The translations under genes were made by a program, and so were the position numbers. The notes beneath the pieces were generated by a model. It was not told the DNA's origin. It searched no databases and was given only the letters and a program-made list of their open reading frames with translations. A stretch of 64,000 nt of DNA from positions 1-64,000 of IMG/VR virus record IMGVR_UViG_3300042433_000146, one strand, 5' to 3'. Shown here piece by piece: positions 8,987 through 16,664 of the stretch. Each line of letters opens with the position of its first letter. Position 1 is the stretch's first letter. Source of the DNA: a virus.

Positions 8987-9020
8987 TGCGACGGTGATGG
9001 GCCAAAACATCACCGTCGCA
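8987..9020. other. perfect 13-bp inverted repeat (stem-loop)
   Basis: TGCGACGGTGATG-8-CATCACCGTCGCA, no U-tract. Confidence 0.8.
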
Positions 9021-9022
9021 GT

Positions 9023-9036
9023 GACTTATATGTCAA
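9023..9036 (-). promoter_or_regulatory. palindrome with TTGACA box, no good -10
   Basis: GACTTATATGTC at 9023-9034. Confidence 0.6.
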
Positions 9037-9046
9037 GAGATTTCGA

Positions 9047-9052
9047 TAAATA
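9047..9052 (+). promoter_or_regulatory. T4-type late promoter
   Basis: TAAATA 5 nt before GTG 9058. Confidence 0.7.
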
Positions 9053-9057
9053 GTCGG

Positions 9058-9432
9058 GTGAAGACTTACCGACAGTTCATGGCCGAACAGAATTTGATGT
9101 ACCACGGGACACCCGCCGCGAATCTGAAGACGATTCAGAAGATCGGGTTGCGGCCTATGATCGGTGACAACAAAGAAACCGGCGAAGATGACGATCCCCG
9201 GTATCCACGGGTCCACCTGACCAAATCCCTGACGACGGCAAAATGGTATGCCAAGGGCGGCGTGAATGCCAAACCGTTCAGTCACAAGCGACAGATCAAA
9301 GGCGTCGTCCTAGTGATCGATGTGGATCTTCTCCCGAACCATCGCTTCATGAATGATCCGCATGAGCATATGGCGGTCATGACGGCCAAACCGATCCCGC
9401 CGGATGCGATTGTGGATGTGCTCCCGGCCTAA
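9058..9432 (+). CDS. stand-alone Tpt1/KptA-like NAD-binding (ART-fold) protein with capsid-targeting-like N-terminus
   Basis: YHGT...I..IGLRP...VHLT...TA...VLVID...IPPDAI aligns by eye to the KptA C-lobe; N-terminus MKTYRQFMAE. Confidence 0.7.
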   Translation: MKTYRQFMAEQNLMYHGTPAANLKTIQKIGLRPMIGDNKETGEDDDPRYPRVHLTKSLTTAKWYAKGGVNAKPFSHKRQIKGVVLVIDVDLLPNHRFMNDPHEHMAVMTAKPIPPDAIVDVLPA

Positions 9433-9677
9433 GTCGTCCACCGGCGGATTGATTCCTCTTCTAGCCGTTCCTTCTCCAGTTCCTTCCAGACTTCCCGGAA
9501 CAACCGGGTGAACCCCATGCGGACCATTTCGATGCGGTCCATTTCCGCCTGAAGATCGGCGGCTTCGATACAGTCCAGCGTACCAAGCGAATTCCGTTTG
9601 AAGTCGTCGAAGGTCTTGTACTGGCCCTTCCGTCCGGCGACAAGCAAAATCAGTTTGATTCGCTGGCGTTTGGTCAT
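9429..9677 (-). CDS. hypothetical protein
   Basis: 82 aa, SD present. Confidence 0.55.
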   Translation of the reverse strand: MTKRQRIKLILLVAGRKGQYKTFDDFKRNSLGTLDCIEAADLQAEMDRIEMVRMGFTRLFREVWKELEKERLEEESIRRWTT

Positions 9678-9679
9678 GG

Positions 9680-10060
9680 TTAGTACCTCTCCCCTTTCGG
9701 TATGGGATGGGCGGCGTAGAGCACAGCTTTACCGGTCAACGGATCAATCGGCGTGTGCTTGGTGTAAGACGCGGCCAGCTTGACGGCATCTTCCGGCAGA
9801 TGGGTTTCGTTGGTGTACCAGCGGGCCACCCCGGTATCGACCATGATCTGTTTCACTCCCCACCGGGGCGCGCGCCAATCTTCCGGCGTTGTCGTGTTCC
9901 GTACCCCGTCCCAATCCTCTTGCGATGGGTTGGTTGCGCATAGGCACGTCTTCCCTTCAGCGATGGCTTTCCGTTTCGCCCACTCCCACACCGGCAACAG
10001 TGTGCCACACGTGCAGATTTCCCCGAACAGGGTTTTGATCTCAGCGGTCGTTAGTGTCAT
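9680..10060 (-). CDS. hypothetical protein
   Basis: MTLTTAEIK start, coupled to neighbours. Confidence 0.55.
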   Translation of the reverse strand: MTLTTAEIKTLFGEICTCGTLLPVWEWAKRKAIAEGKTCLCATNPSQEDWDGVRNTTTPEDWRAPRWGVKQIMVDTGVARWYTNETHLPEDAVKLAASYTKHTPIDPLTGKAVLYAAHPIPKGERY

Positions 10061-10329
10061 CGGGATGCCACCAGATTCCGCCGGGCGGCTTCGAGTTGCC
10101 GTTCGGCGGCGTTTACCGCGTCCACGGCGTCGGTGATGGTTTTGTTGCTGGCACTGACAGTGAACACGGTATCGGCGGCGAATCCGTTGTCCAGTCCGGT
10201 CAGAAGCACGCACCGGGCGCACCGGTAGTGTCCTTGGTCGTTTGCGTAAGCGTTCCTGACATTCAGGTCGCTACAGGATGTCCGGTCGTGTTTCGGGGCA
10301 ATGCGGTCGATCAATTCTTCGGCGGTCAT
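10057..10329 (-). CDS. Cys-containing hypothetical protein
   Basis: HDRTSCSD...YRCARC. Confidence 0.6.
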   Translation of the reverse strand: MTAEELIDRIAPKHDRTSCSDLNVRNAYANDQGHYRCARCVLLTGLDNGFAADTVFTVSASNKTITDAVDAVNAAERQLEAARRNLVASR

Positions 10330-10502
10330 GCAACCTTCCTTTCCCGCGCGGTTTTGTTCTTGGCGCGCTCATATCCGGCGCGGATCAGTTGGTTGATGGA
10401 ATCACTCTTGGTCAGGACAGCACCGACATCAAGCCCGCGACGGAATGCACCGGCACCGATGTTGGTCCACTGTTTCTTCATGCTCATGCGGGCGGTATTC
10501 AT
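10326..10502 (-). CDS. small basic hypothetical protein
   Basis: MNTARMSMKK..., coupled to neighbours. Confidence 0.5.
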   Translation of the reverse strand: MNTARMSMKKQWTNIGAGAFRRGLDVGAVLTKSDSINQLIRAGYERAKNKTARERKVA

Positions 10503-10504
10503 CG

Positions 10505-10672
10505 TTATGCCCCCTTCGGGACCAGTTCCCAAGTGTCGCCCGTCGTGTTCAGGGTGTACCGCTCTTTGATCGCGGCCAGCAAACGGGTTTCGTCCAGCAA
10601 CAGCACTTCCGGGCAATCGCGCTTTACGATCTCCCGTGCCATCAGCAAAATGATTCTGTCAATTGCGTTCAT
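10505..10672 (-). CDS. 55-aa hypothetical protein (not in ORF track)
   Basis: MNAIDRIILL...WELVPKGA; SD GGAGAGG; follows early promoter. Confidence 0.6.
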   Translation of the reverse strand: MNAIDRIILLMAREIVKRDCPEVLLLDETRLLAAIKERYTLNTTGDTWELVPKGA

Positions 10673-10691
10673 CGGTGTTCTCTCCAGTCAT

Positions 10692-10721
10692 AGAGTACCA
10701 CAGTGATGACATATATGTCAA
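10692..10721 (-). promoter_or_regulatory. early promoter with palindrome
   Basis: TTGACA-18-TACTCT; GACATATATGTC at 10708-10719. Confidence 0.8.
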
Positions 10722-10978
10722 TCGCTAAAGTCGATATCGTCGTGGGGCGAAAGGATTTGAACCACCTTCGTTTTCCCGCCGGGGAGAACCATGCGGTAGC
10801 TGGCACTCAGCGCACCGTTAGCGATGCCTTCGACGGCCAGTCGTTTGGCTTCTTCAAGGTTGGCGGCATCGAATTCCCACATCTGTTCATCGCGCGATTC
10901 GATCCATGCGACAGCGGCCACCCCGCGCGCGGCACGGGCGGCGTTTGCTTCCTTGGTGTGAAAATCTTTCCCGGTCAT
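10718..10978 (-). CDS. hypothetical protein
   Basis: MTGKDFHT start, TAATG-coupled. Confidence 0.55.
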   Translation of the reverse strand: MTGKDFHTKEANAARAARGVAAVAWIESRDEQMWEFDAANLEEAKRLAVEGIANGALSASYRMVLPGGKTKVVQILSPHDDIDFSD

Positions 10979-11235
10979 TATTCTTCGGCATTCCTTTCGA
11001 GCTTCGCCATGTCTTCGGCTTCGTTGATGATTTGTTTGATCTGAGCCGGATCGGTGAACCCGATCTTTTTCAGTTCGCCTTCGGCCTTCTTCCACGCACC
11101 GCCACGGATGCGGCTGTAGTGCCCGCCACAGGCTTCGAACTTGTGTCCCTTGCGATGACTCCACCGGGCGAATCCCGCGTTCACAGTGGCGACGTATTCG
11201 TCTTGGATGGCGATCATGGATTTCGGTAGTGGCAT
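10978..11235 (-). CDS. hypothetical protein
   Basis: MPLPKS start after early promoter. Confidence 0.55.
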   Translation of the reverse strand: MPLPKSMIAIQDEYVATVNAGFARWSHRKGHKFEACGGHYSRIRGGAWKKAEGELKKIGFTDPAQIKQIINEAEDMAKLERNAEE

Positions 11236-11247
11236 AGCTTCACTCAC

Positions 11248-11277
11248 AGAGTAACACAGTGCTGACATATATGTCAA
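11248..11277 (-). promoter_or_regulatory. early promoter with palindrome
   Basis: TTGACA-18-TACTCT; GACATATATGTC at 11264-11275. Confidence 0.8.
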
Positions 11278-11759
11278 GCCAGTTCAGGGAGAATGACTGG
11301 TTCATTTTCGGCGGTGACGACGACGGGGACCAGCCGGGTTTTGCGGTAGAGGTTGTCTTCGTAGATTTTGCCGTCGTGGTTCAGCACACTAACGGACACG
11401 GTTGCCTTGGTCTTTTCCCGTACCGTGAGCACCTTGGACACGGCACCGGTGTTGTAGACGATCACGTGTCCGGGCTTGAGTTCGCCCGCCGGGATTGCCG
11501 GGACGTTGCCGACTCCCTGACACCATGACGCTTGGCGGCGCAACACAGCGGCGGATTCCTTCGTGTCGTTGAAGGCGCGAATCTTGAGACTGTTCATCGG
11601 CGTGGTATCCATCGCGCGGGTCAGTTCGGTGACCGACACGCACACTGTACCCCGCCACAGTTCGACATCGGCCATACCAGCCAACTGTCCTTCATGTATT
11701 TTCGCGACGGTACCGATGAAACCGTTGCAAGCGACACGCATCTTTTCGGTGATTTTCAT
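11274..11759 (-). CDS. hypothetical protein
   Basis: 161 aa, directly after early promoter. Confidence 0.6.
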   Translation of the reverse strand: MKITEKMRVACNGFIGTVAKIHEGQLAGMADVELWRGTVCVSVTELTRAMDTTPMNSLKIRAFNDTKESAAVLRRQASWCQGVGNVPAIPAGELKPGHVIVYNTGAVSKVLTVREKTKATVSVSVLNHDGKIYEDNLYRKTRLVPVVVTAENEPVILPELA

Positions 11760-11768
11760 GACAAGACC

Positions 11769-11797
11769 ATCCTATCAAACTCTGACATATATGTCAA
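11769..11797 (-). promoter_or_regulatory. early promoter with palindrome
   Basis: TTGACA-17-TAGGAT; GACATATATGTC at 11784-11795. Confidence 0.8.
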
Positions 11798-12156
11798 CTG
11801 TGTTGATGACCAGCGGGGCGATATCCGGTACAGGAGTTGCACCAGACGAATCGTTCGATACGGAAGTTGAAGGCGCGGGCCAGCCGTGCCAGTCCGTCTT
11901 GAGCATGGTCATGGGTTTGTCCATCAAGTGCCCACGTAACGGCGTTGATTTGATCTTGGGTGAGAGCGGCGTCTTTTTTGGCGCATGCCGGGCACAGGGG
12001 TTTGTCGATGTGTTCGGCCCATAGCCAGCGGGTGTAGGTTTTCCCGCACAGGGAAGTGACGGTTGAGTCGTCGCCGATCTTGAACTTGGTATCGGCGGTG
12101 TAGTGAACGTGTTTGCTACCGTGCGGATAGAAGCGGGCGTCGTAGCGTTCAGGCAT
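11794..12156 (-). CDS. Cys/His-containing hypothetical protein
   Basis: 120 aa, coupled to neighbours. Confidence 0.55.
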   Translation of the reverse strand: MPERYDARFYPHGSKHVHYTADTKFKIGDDSTVTSLCGKTYTRWLWAEHIDKPLCPACAKKDAALTQDQINAVTWALDGQTHDHAQDGLARLARAFNFRIERFVWCNSCTGYRPAGHQHS

Positions 12157-12544
12157 GTTGAGCCTTCCTCAGATCGGGGATGTACTGCCACTTGCCGCCG
12201 GGCGCGTGGTGCTGTACAACTTTGCCGTTGGCATGGATGGCGATTTCTTGGCCGGTGTCGTCGTTGCGCATGGGGATACCGCGACTGATGAGGCGGCGTT
12301 TCCAGTTCGACCGGTCGGTCAGGGTGAATCCTTGGGACTTGTATTCGTTGAACAGTTTGACAAAGGGATGATCGGACAGTTCGGCGTGGTGTTTGGTATC
12401 GACATTCCAGCGGCACGTGCGCGGGTCCATGAGGGTACCTAATAGCACGTCGGTGGACCAGTTGGTGCCCAAGTGCATGTGAGTGGGTCGCCAGCCGGTG
12501 ACGTGGGTATAGGCAAGGTAGTCAGCGGCGCGGCGGTGGAGCAT
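12149..12544 (-). CDS. hypothetical protein
   Basis: MLHRRAADY start, TAATG-coupled. Confidence 0.5.
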   Translation of the reverse strand: MLHRRAADYLAYTHVTGWRPTHMHLGTNWSTDVLLGTLMDPRTCRWNVDTKHHAELSDHPFVKLFNEYKSQGFTLTDRSNWKRRLISRGIPMRNDDTGQEIAIHANGKVVQHHAPGGKWQYIPDLRKAQHA

Positions 12545-12723
12545 TAGCGCACTCCCCACCGGGTCGGGCAGAATCCGCCCTTCTGCATCCATTCGTTCAT
12601 GGCGATGACCAGTTCGGCCAGCCGGACGGCATCGTCTTCATTGATGGGTTGTTCGTTGTCGGACGCAGCGGTGATAGCTTCCGCCAGTTCGAGTGTTTCT
12701 TTGAGGTTAGCGTTAGGGTCCAT
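12544..12723 (-). CDS. small hypothetical protein
   Basis: MDPNANLKETL...WMQKGGFCPTRW. Confidence 0.6.
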   Translation of the reverse strand: MDPNANLKETLELAEAITAASDNEQPINEDDAVRLAELVIAMNEWMQKGGFCPTRWGVR

Positions 12724-12724
12724 G

Positions 12725-12904
12725 TTAGTTCTCTTCGGGACAAGCACAGAATTCATCTTCGCCACCGAATTCGGTCTGGCGAAGAACGGTGAGACGGTAG
12801 GCGGCATCGACGGCTTCGGCCAGCGTATCGATACCGGAAGCGATCACGGAGTCGCGACCATTGCGGCGGATGAGTTTGACACAGAAGGTCTGTGGTTGTT
12901 TCAT
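12725..12904 (-). CDS. 59-aa hypothetical protein (not in ORF track)
   Basis: MKQPQTFCVK...CACPEEN fills the gap exactly. Confidence 0.55.
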   Translation of the reverse strand: MKQPQTFCVKLIRRNGRDSVIASGIDTLAEAVDAAYRLTVLRQTEFGGEDEFCACPEEN

Positions 12905-12906
12905 GG

Positions 12907-13374
12907 TTAGCGTACCTGCTTTCTGGAGAGGGTCCGGGTCTTGCGACCGGAGAGGACATTGACGACGGTCTTATCGAAACCGTAGGCGGCGGTCATTTCG
13001 TAGCGCTCTTCCATCGTCACTTGCCGGGTGGCTTCGGCGGCGCGGTATTGGGTGATGAAGATCGCCATGTTCAGGGCATACTCACGGGCCTGAAGTTCAG
13101 CGTTGAAGGCCGGGATGCGGGCGATGAAGGTTTCGACGCAGATGTCGGGCGAAATGATGGAGTCGTTTGACTTCCACCGGAAGACGCCGGTGGCATCGAC
13201 GTAGCACTCTTTCTTCTTGGTGCGGGCGTTGGCCGGGTTGCCGGGAATCTCGTTTATCGTGATGACGTATTCGTTACCGGCGGCGGCGATGGTCAGTTCA
13301 TAGGACCAGCCGGACACGGTACCGGGAATCGTGCGCCGATCACCGGTGAAGCTGTCTTTCAGAATCGTTGTCAT
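12907..13374 (-). CDS. hypothetical protein
   Basis: MTTILKDSF start, SD GGAGAG, early promoter upstream. Confidence 0.6.
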   Translation of the reverse strand: MTTILKDSFTGDRRTIPGTVSGWSYELTIAAAGNEYVITINEIPGNPANARTKKKECYVDATGVFRWKSNDSIISPDICVETFIARIPAFNAELQAREYALNMAIFITQYRAAEATRQVTMEERYEMTAAYGFDKTVVNVLSGRKTRTLSRKQVR

Positions 13375-13392
13375 GTCGTTCTCTCCATGACC

Positions 13393-13422
13393 AGAATACC
13401 CTGACATATAGGTCGGTGTCAA
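13393..13422 (-). promoter_or_regulatory. early promoter with palindrome shifted into the spacer
   Basis: TTGACA-18-TATTCT; GACATATAGGTC at 13403-13414. Confidence 0.75.
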
Positions 13423-13435
13423 GAGGGTGCGGAAG

Positions 13436-13482
13436 AAAAAATAACCCCGGCGGACTCTTGACGAAAGCCGCCGGGGTTTTCT
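13436..13482. terminator. bidirectional intrinsic terminator
   Basis: AACCCCGGCGG-14-CCGCCGGGGTT flanked by A and T tracts. Confidence 0.8.
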
Positions 13483-13532
13483 GTGGTTTTGGTCTTTGTT
13501 GGAGGAGGACTTACCGACAGAAACTTGGGTGT

Positions 13533-13630
13533 CCAGCACAGCGCTGAAGGACTCGAACCTTCATGCCCGCCCGCGCTTTGAACGTCAGAAGGCGGCGACT
13601 TTCCTGAGATTAGTCGAAGCGCTGTGCTGG
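13533..13630 (-). ncRNA. tRNA-like RNA with 19-nt anticodon loop and 13-bp acceptor stem
   Basis: D stem GACT/AGTC, stem CCGCC/GGCGG, T arm GAAGG-TTCGAGT-CCTTC, no CCA. Confidence 0.65.
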
Positions 13631-13652
13631 CCCGTCGTGATTGGTACCGGGA

Positions 13653-13949
13653 TCAGGACGGGGAACTCATGGACTCTTTCAATTCTCTCACTTTCCGGGC
13701 TTCGACGATTTCGTGAATGTTTCCGGCGATCCATTGTGCCGGGCCGAAACGTACTTTGCCCTTGGTGCTGGTGATAACGCGAAGGCGTTGATAGGTGCCG
13801 GTGCGGTCTTGGGCGATCAGGGCTTCAACGCAGTGCCGATTCTCTGGAAGGTGAGCGACAGCGACGGCGTTGAACTCAGCGCCGCCGGTGACGACTTCGA
13901 ACCGTTCCGGCAGGGATGCGATGATCGGCCAATTGAATTCCGCGATCAT
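13653..13949 (-). CDS. hypothetical protein
   Basis: 98 aa, coupled to neighbours. Confidence 0.55.
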   Translation of the reverse strand: MIAEFNWPIIASLPERFEVVTGGAEFNAVAVAHLPENRHCVEALIAQDRTGTYQRLRVITSTKGKVRFGPAQWIAGNIHEIVEARKVRELKESMSSPS

Positions 13950-14281
13950 TCCTCTTCTTCAAGCCCTTCCAGAATTTCATCGGGATCGACGCCGGGCGGG
14001 AGCACAACGGTATGAACGGAGAGAAGGGAAATGGCGGGTTTGCCATCTTTCGTCCATAGCTCAAATGCGTTGGACATGCCGGACATGGCGGTGAGCAAAG
14101 CCAGATTGGTGGAGTCGGTGTAGTTGACCGTCGCCGGACGATGTTCGAGGGGGAGGCTATTGACTTGCTTCAGAGCGGCCATCAGTTCGGCGTGTTCGGG
14201 GAGTTCCGATACGCCATCCAGTATAAAGCATTGACCACCGGTTTCAGTTTCACGGACGCCGATCATACAAGGCATAGTCAC
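13946..14281 (-). CDS. hypothetical protein
   Basis: 111 aa, acidic tail. Confidence 0.55.
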   Translation of the reverse strand: MTMPCMIGVRETETGGQCFILDGVSELPEHAELMAALKQVNSLPLEHRPATVNYTDSTNLALLTAMSGMSNAFELWTKDGKPAISLLSVHTVVLPPGVDPDEILEGLEEEE

Positions 14282-14305
14282 AGTTCCTTTCAGGGTTTCA
14301 GTTTA

Positions 14306-14497
14306 TCACAGTTCAAAAACGTCCACTAGCGTGGATAGGTGCGTGTATTCGCCATAGGCGCGGTTGATTTCTTCGCCCTTCCCTTCGACTTGGGACCAGC
14401 CGTCGCGCGCGGTGAATCCGAATTCGGCTTCGAGTTCGGTTTGGCGGCGTTCGATGTAATCGATCAGGGATTGCTTGCTGAACCGTGGCTTAGGCAA
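14306..14497 (-). CDS. hypothetical protein
   Basis: Probable TTG start overlapping the upstream stop. Confidence 0.45.
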   Translation of the reverse strand: MPKPRFSKQSLIDYIERRQTELEAEFGFTARDGWSQVEGKGEEINRAYGEYTHLSTLVDVFEL

Positions 14498-14687
14498 TGG
14501 GAACCACCTTGCCGGTGACACCGGTTGATAATGTCCTGATGCGCTGGACGAAGACGGCGGCATCGGCTTGAGTCATGCGCCGGGCGTTGGCCTTGTTGGT
14601 CGTGTGATCGGTCTTGCAGTGGGATGCGGCGGGATAGTAGATCGCCTGACCGTTGTACATTTCGACAGTGCAGTTCTTTGGGGCCAT
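14490..14687 (-). CDS. small hypothetical protein
   Basis: 65 aa after early promoter. Confidence 0.55.
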   Translation of the reverse strand: MAPKNCTVEMYNGQAIYYPAASHCKTDHTTNKANARRMTQADAAVFVQRIRTLSTGVTGKVVPIA

Positions 14688-14695
14688 GAATCTCT

Positions 14696-14725
14696 AGTGT
14701 ACAACGGCGGCGACTTGTATGTCAA
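14696..14725 (-). promoter_or_regulatory. early promoter with palindrome
   Basis: TTGACA-18-TACACT; GACTTGTATGTC at 14712-14723. Confidence 0.75.
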
Positions 14726-15348
14726 GCGGTGGCCTGAAACTCTTCGGGGCGTTCGCCTTTATCGTAGTAGTGGCGTTCGCGGATGCTACGGAGCGCATCG
14801 ATCAGCTTGGCGTACATACGTTCATCGAACCGGTTCCGGCGGATGTGCCAGATGCGATCTTTGACATCATAGGCCATTGTCCACGAACCGTGTTCGGACA
14901 GGGTGTGTTCGAAGATGTCGAATAGGATGATGCCTTCATCGTGGCCGATCTCTTTGATGGGTTTAATCGCGGGCAACAGGAGTTGTATGCCTTCGGCCAT
15001 TTTTTCGAGGACGGCATCGCCGTCTTTGCTGTACAGCATGATTTGTACCGCGCTCTGATTGGTGTCGGGGAAATAACCGGACGCGCGAAGGTAGTACTGT
15101 TTCAACCACGCGGCCAAGAGTTTCCGTTGCGTGGCGGTTTGGTTGAATCCGTTATCGAGCAATTCGGCGATGGGAACGTCGGTACGATCAGCCCACATCG
15201 ATTCCCGGATACTTTCCTCTTCTTTGCGAAGTCGAATGATGGTATCGTTCGTTCGTTGCTGTTGTTCGAACAAAGTTTTCAGCACACGTTGGATCGTGTC
15301 CAGTCGTCGTTGTTTGGTATTGCTCAGCACCACTACAGGGTACCACAT
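14722..15348 (-). CDS. hypothetical protein with N-terminal coiled coil
   Basis: 208 aa ORF. Confidence 0.65.
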   Translation of the reverse strand: MWYPVVVLSNTKQRRLDTIQRVLKTLFEQQQRTNDTIIRLRKEEESIRESMWADRTDVPIAELLDNGFNQTATQRKLLAAWLKQYYLRASGYFPDTNQSAVQIMLYSKDGDAVLEKMAEGIQLLLPAIKPIKEIGHDEGIILFDIFEHTLSEHGSWTMAYDVKDRIWHIRRNRFDERMYAKLIDALRSIRERHYYDKGERPEEFQATA

Positions 15349-15395
15349 TGGGGAACCGAGTTTCGCCTACATGTCATGTTGCTAAAATAGTGCTA

Positions 15396-16223
15396 ATGCT
15401 AGTTCCTGATTTGATGGTGGTATTGACGAAGGACGGTCTTCGGATGGTGTCCCAAGTGAAGGTGGGAGACGAAGTATGGACCGGCAAGAATTGGGCGGCG
15501 GTCAAGTCCATATCGAACAATGCCAGCGCGCGATTCTACGACTATGATTTCGGCAACACGACCTTCCGGGCGAACGCAGCGGCGCGGATCTGGCAACCGA
15601 ATGGATCGAAGTGTCCAGCGCAACTGTATCAGTTGAACGCGGCATTGGGGCCGGACGGTGACTATGCGCCGGACGCAGTAGCGGAATGGGATGGATACTT
15701 TTGGGCGGTCGGTGATTGGATCGATTCGTTGAACAAGCCGTGTGTGAACACAATGGACGCGGCACGGGCGGACAAACTGATGCCGTCTGATGCGGTGGTG
15801 AAGTTGCGGAACTTGTATGTCCACCGGGCGACGCGCATTCCCCGGAAGTCGTATGAGAAGCGGGCGGTGATCCCGGCGACGTACATGTATGCGGAGTTGC
15901 CGGTGTTGCGGTCCTTCTTGCGGGGCTTCGTGATTGGGAAGGCCGAATCGGACGGGACGATGGAATTGTCCAGCGACCGGCACGCATGCACAATGCAACT
16001 GGCCTTGAACGCAATCGGGATTGAGACAGACCGGCGGCAAAGTAGCAAGGTGTTGTCATTCTCGAACACGATCCATGTCAATCGGTCGATGGAAACGGAG
16101 TTTGAAGAGCGGGAGACGAAGGCGGCGGGACAGCTTCAGGCGGTGGCGGCTAAGGGCGAACTGAAGTGTTTTTCTTGGGACGTGGATGCTTGCTGGATGT
16201 CGGGGATTGTTCTTCAGAACTGA
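15396..16223 (+). CDS. free-standing degenerate intein (Hint + LAGLIDADG-like) protein
   Basis: VLTKDGLRMVSQVKVGDEVWTG (block A-like), FLRGFVIGKAESDG, ends GIVLQN-stop; no exteins. Confidence 0.7.
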   Translation: MLVPDLMVVLTKDGLRMVSQVKVGDEVWTGKNWAAVKSISNNASARFYDYDFGNTTFRANAAARIWQPNGSKCPAQLYQLNAALGPDGDYAPDAVAEWDGYFWAVGDWIDSLNKPCVNTMDAARADKLMPSDAVVKLRNLYVHRATRIPRKSYEKRAVIPATYMYAELPVLRSFLRGFVIGKAESDGTMELSSDRHACTMQLALNAIGIETDRRQSSKVLSFSNTIHVNRSMETEFEERETKAAGQLQAVAAKGELKCFSWDVDACWMSGIVLQN

Positions 16224-16229
16224 ACCACG

Positions 16230-16660
16230 AAAGGAAGCGGTGAACGATGCCGCGCTTTTGAGGCGGCGGTGGGGCCGGGGCATAGACGCGGATGCGCCGG
16301 TCGAACGCGGATCGATAGATCATGATCCAAGGGTAACATGCACGAAAAAGCGGTTTGGGAATCCTTCGCGTTTAGGTTGTCGCCCATTGTGGTCGGATCT
16401 GGCAAAGCATTCAGCCCGCCAAACCTTTCCACCGACGAACCCCGCTCCAATGGGACAGAGCGTGAGACACGAAAGATTTCCAAACCGCTTTTTCAAAACT
16501 CCAGTGTCACGCCGAATGGAGTCGCGCGAACTCTCGAATTCCGGTCACGGTGATTACTCCGAAGAGGGTCACCATCACTCATCACTATTGATCCCGCGTG
16601 ATCCGGTTATAATCCGGGCCGCATTTGGTAGCGAAGTAGCCACTCAAGACTATCAGTGCT
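16230..16660 (-). ncRNA. unclassified large structured RNA
   Basis: Nested long-range stems 16297-16318/16585-16606, 16345-16363/16475-16493, 16383-16389/16448-16454, 16392-16396/16432-16436; cUUCGg loop on the minus strand. Confidence 0.6.
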
Positions 16661-16664
16661 TTTC

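Noticed and set aside
13533-13630. tRNA-Sec or opal suppressor (TTCAAA in the loop)
   Set aside because: Only 2-3 bp flank TTCAAA, there is no long V arm and no CCA. The cloverleaf places it inside a 19-nt loop.
13631-13662. T-box riboswitch (TGGTACC on the plus strand)
   Set aside because: Only a 7-nt match, no stem I or specifier, and it is on the opposite strand to local transcription.
16230-16660. Group I intron, RNase P, tmRNA or SRP identity
   Set aside because: Lacks separate R and S elements, GAGGAAAGUCC, a tRNA-Ala-like end with CCA, and the SRP GGAA domain IV.
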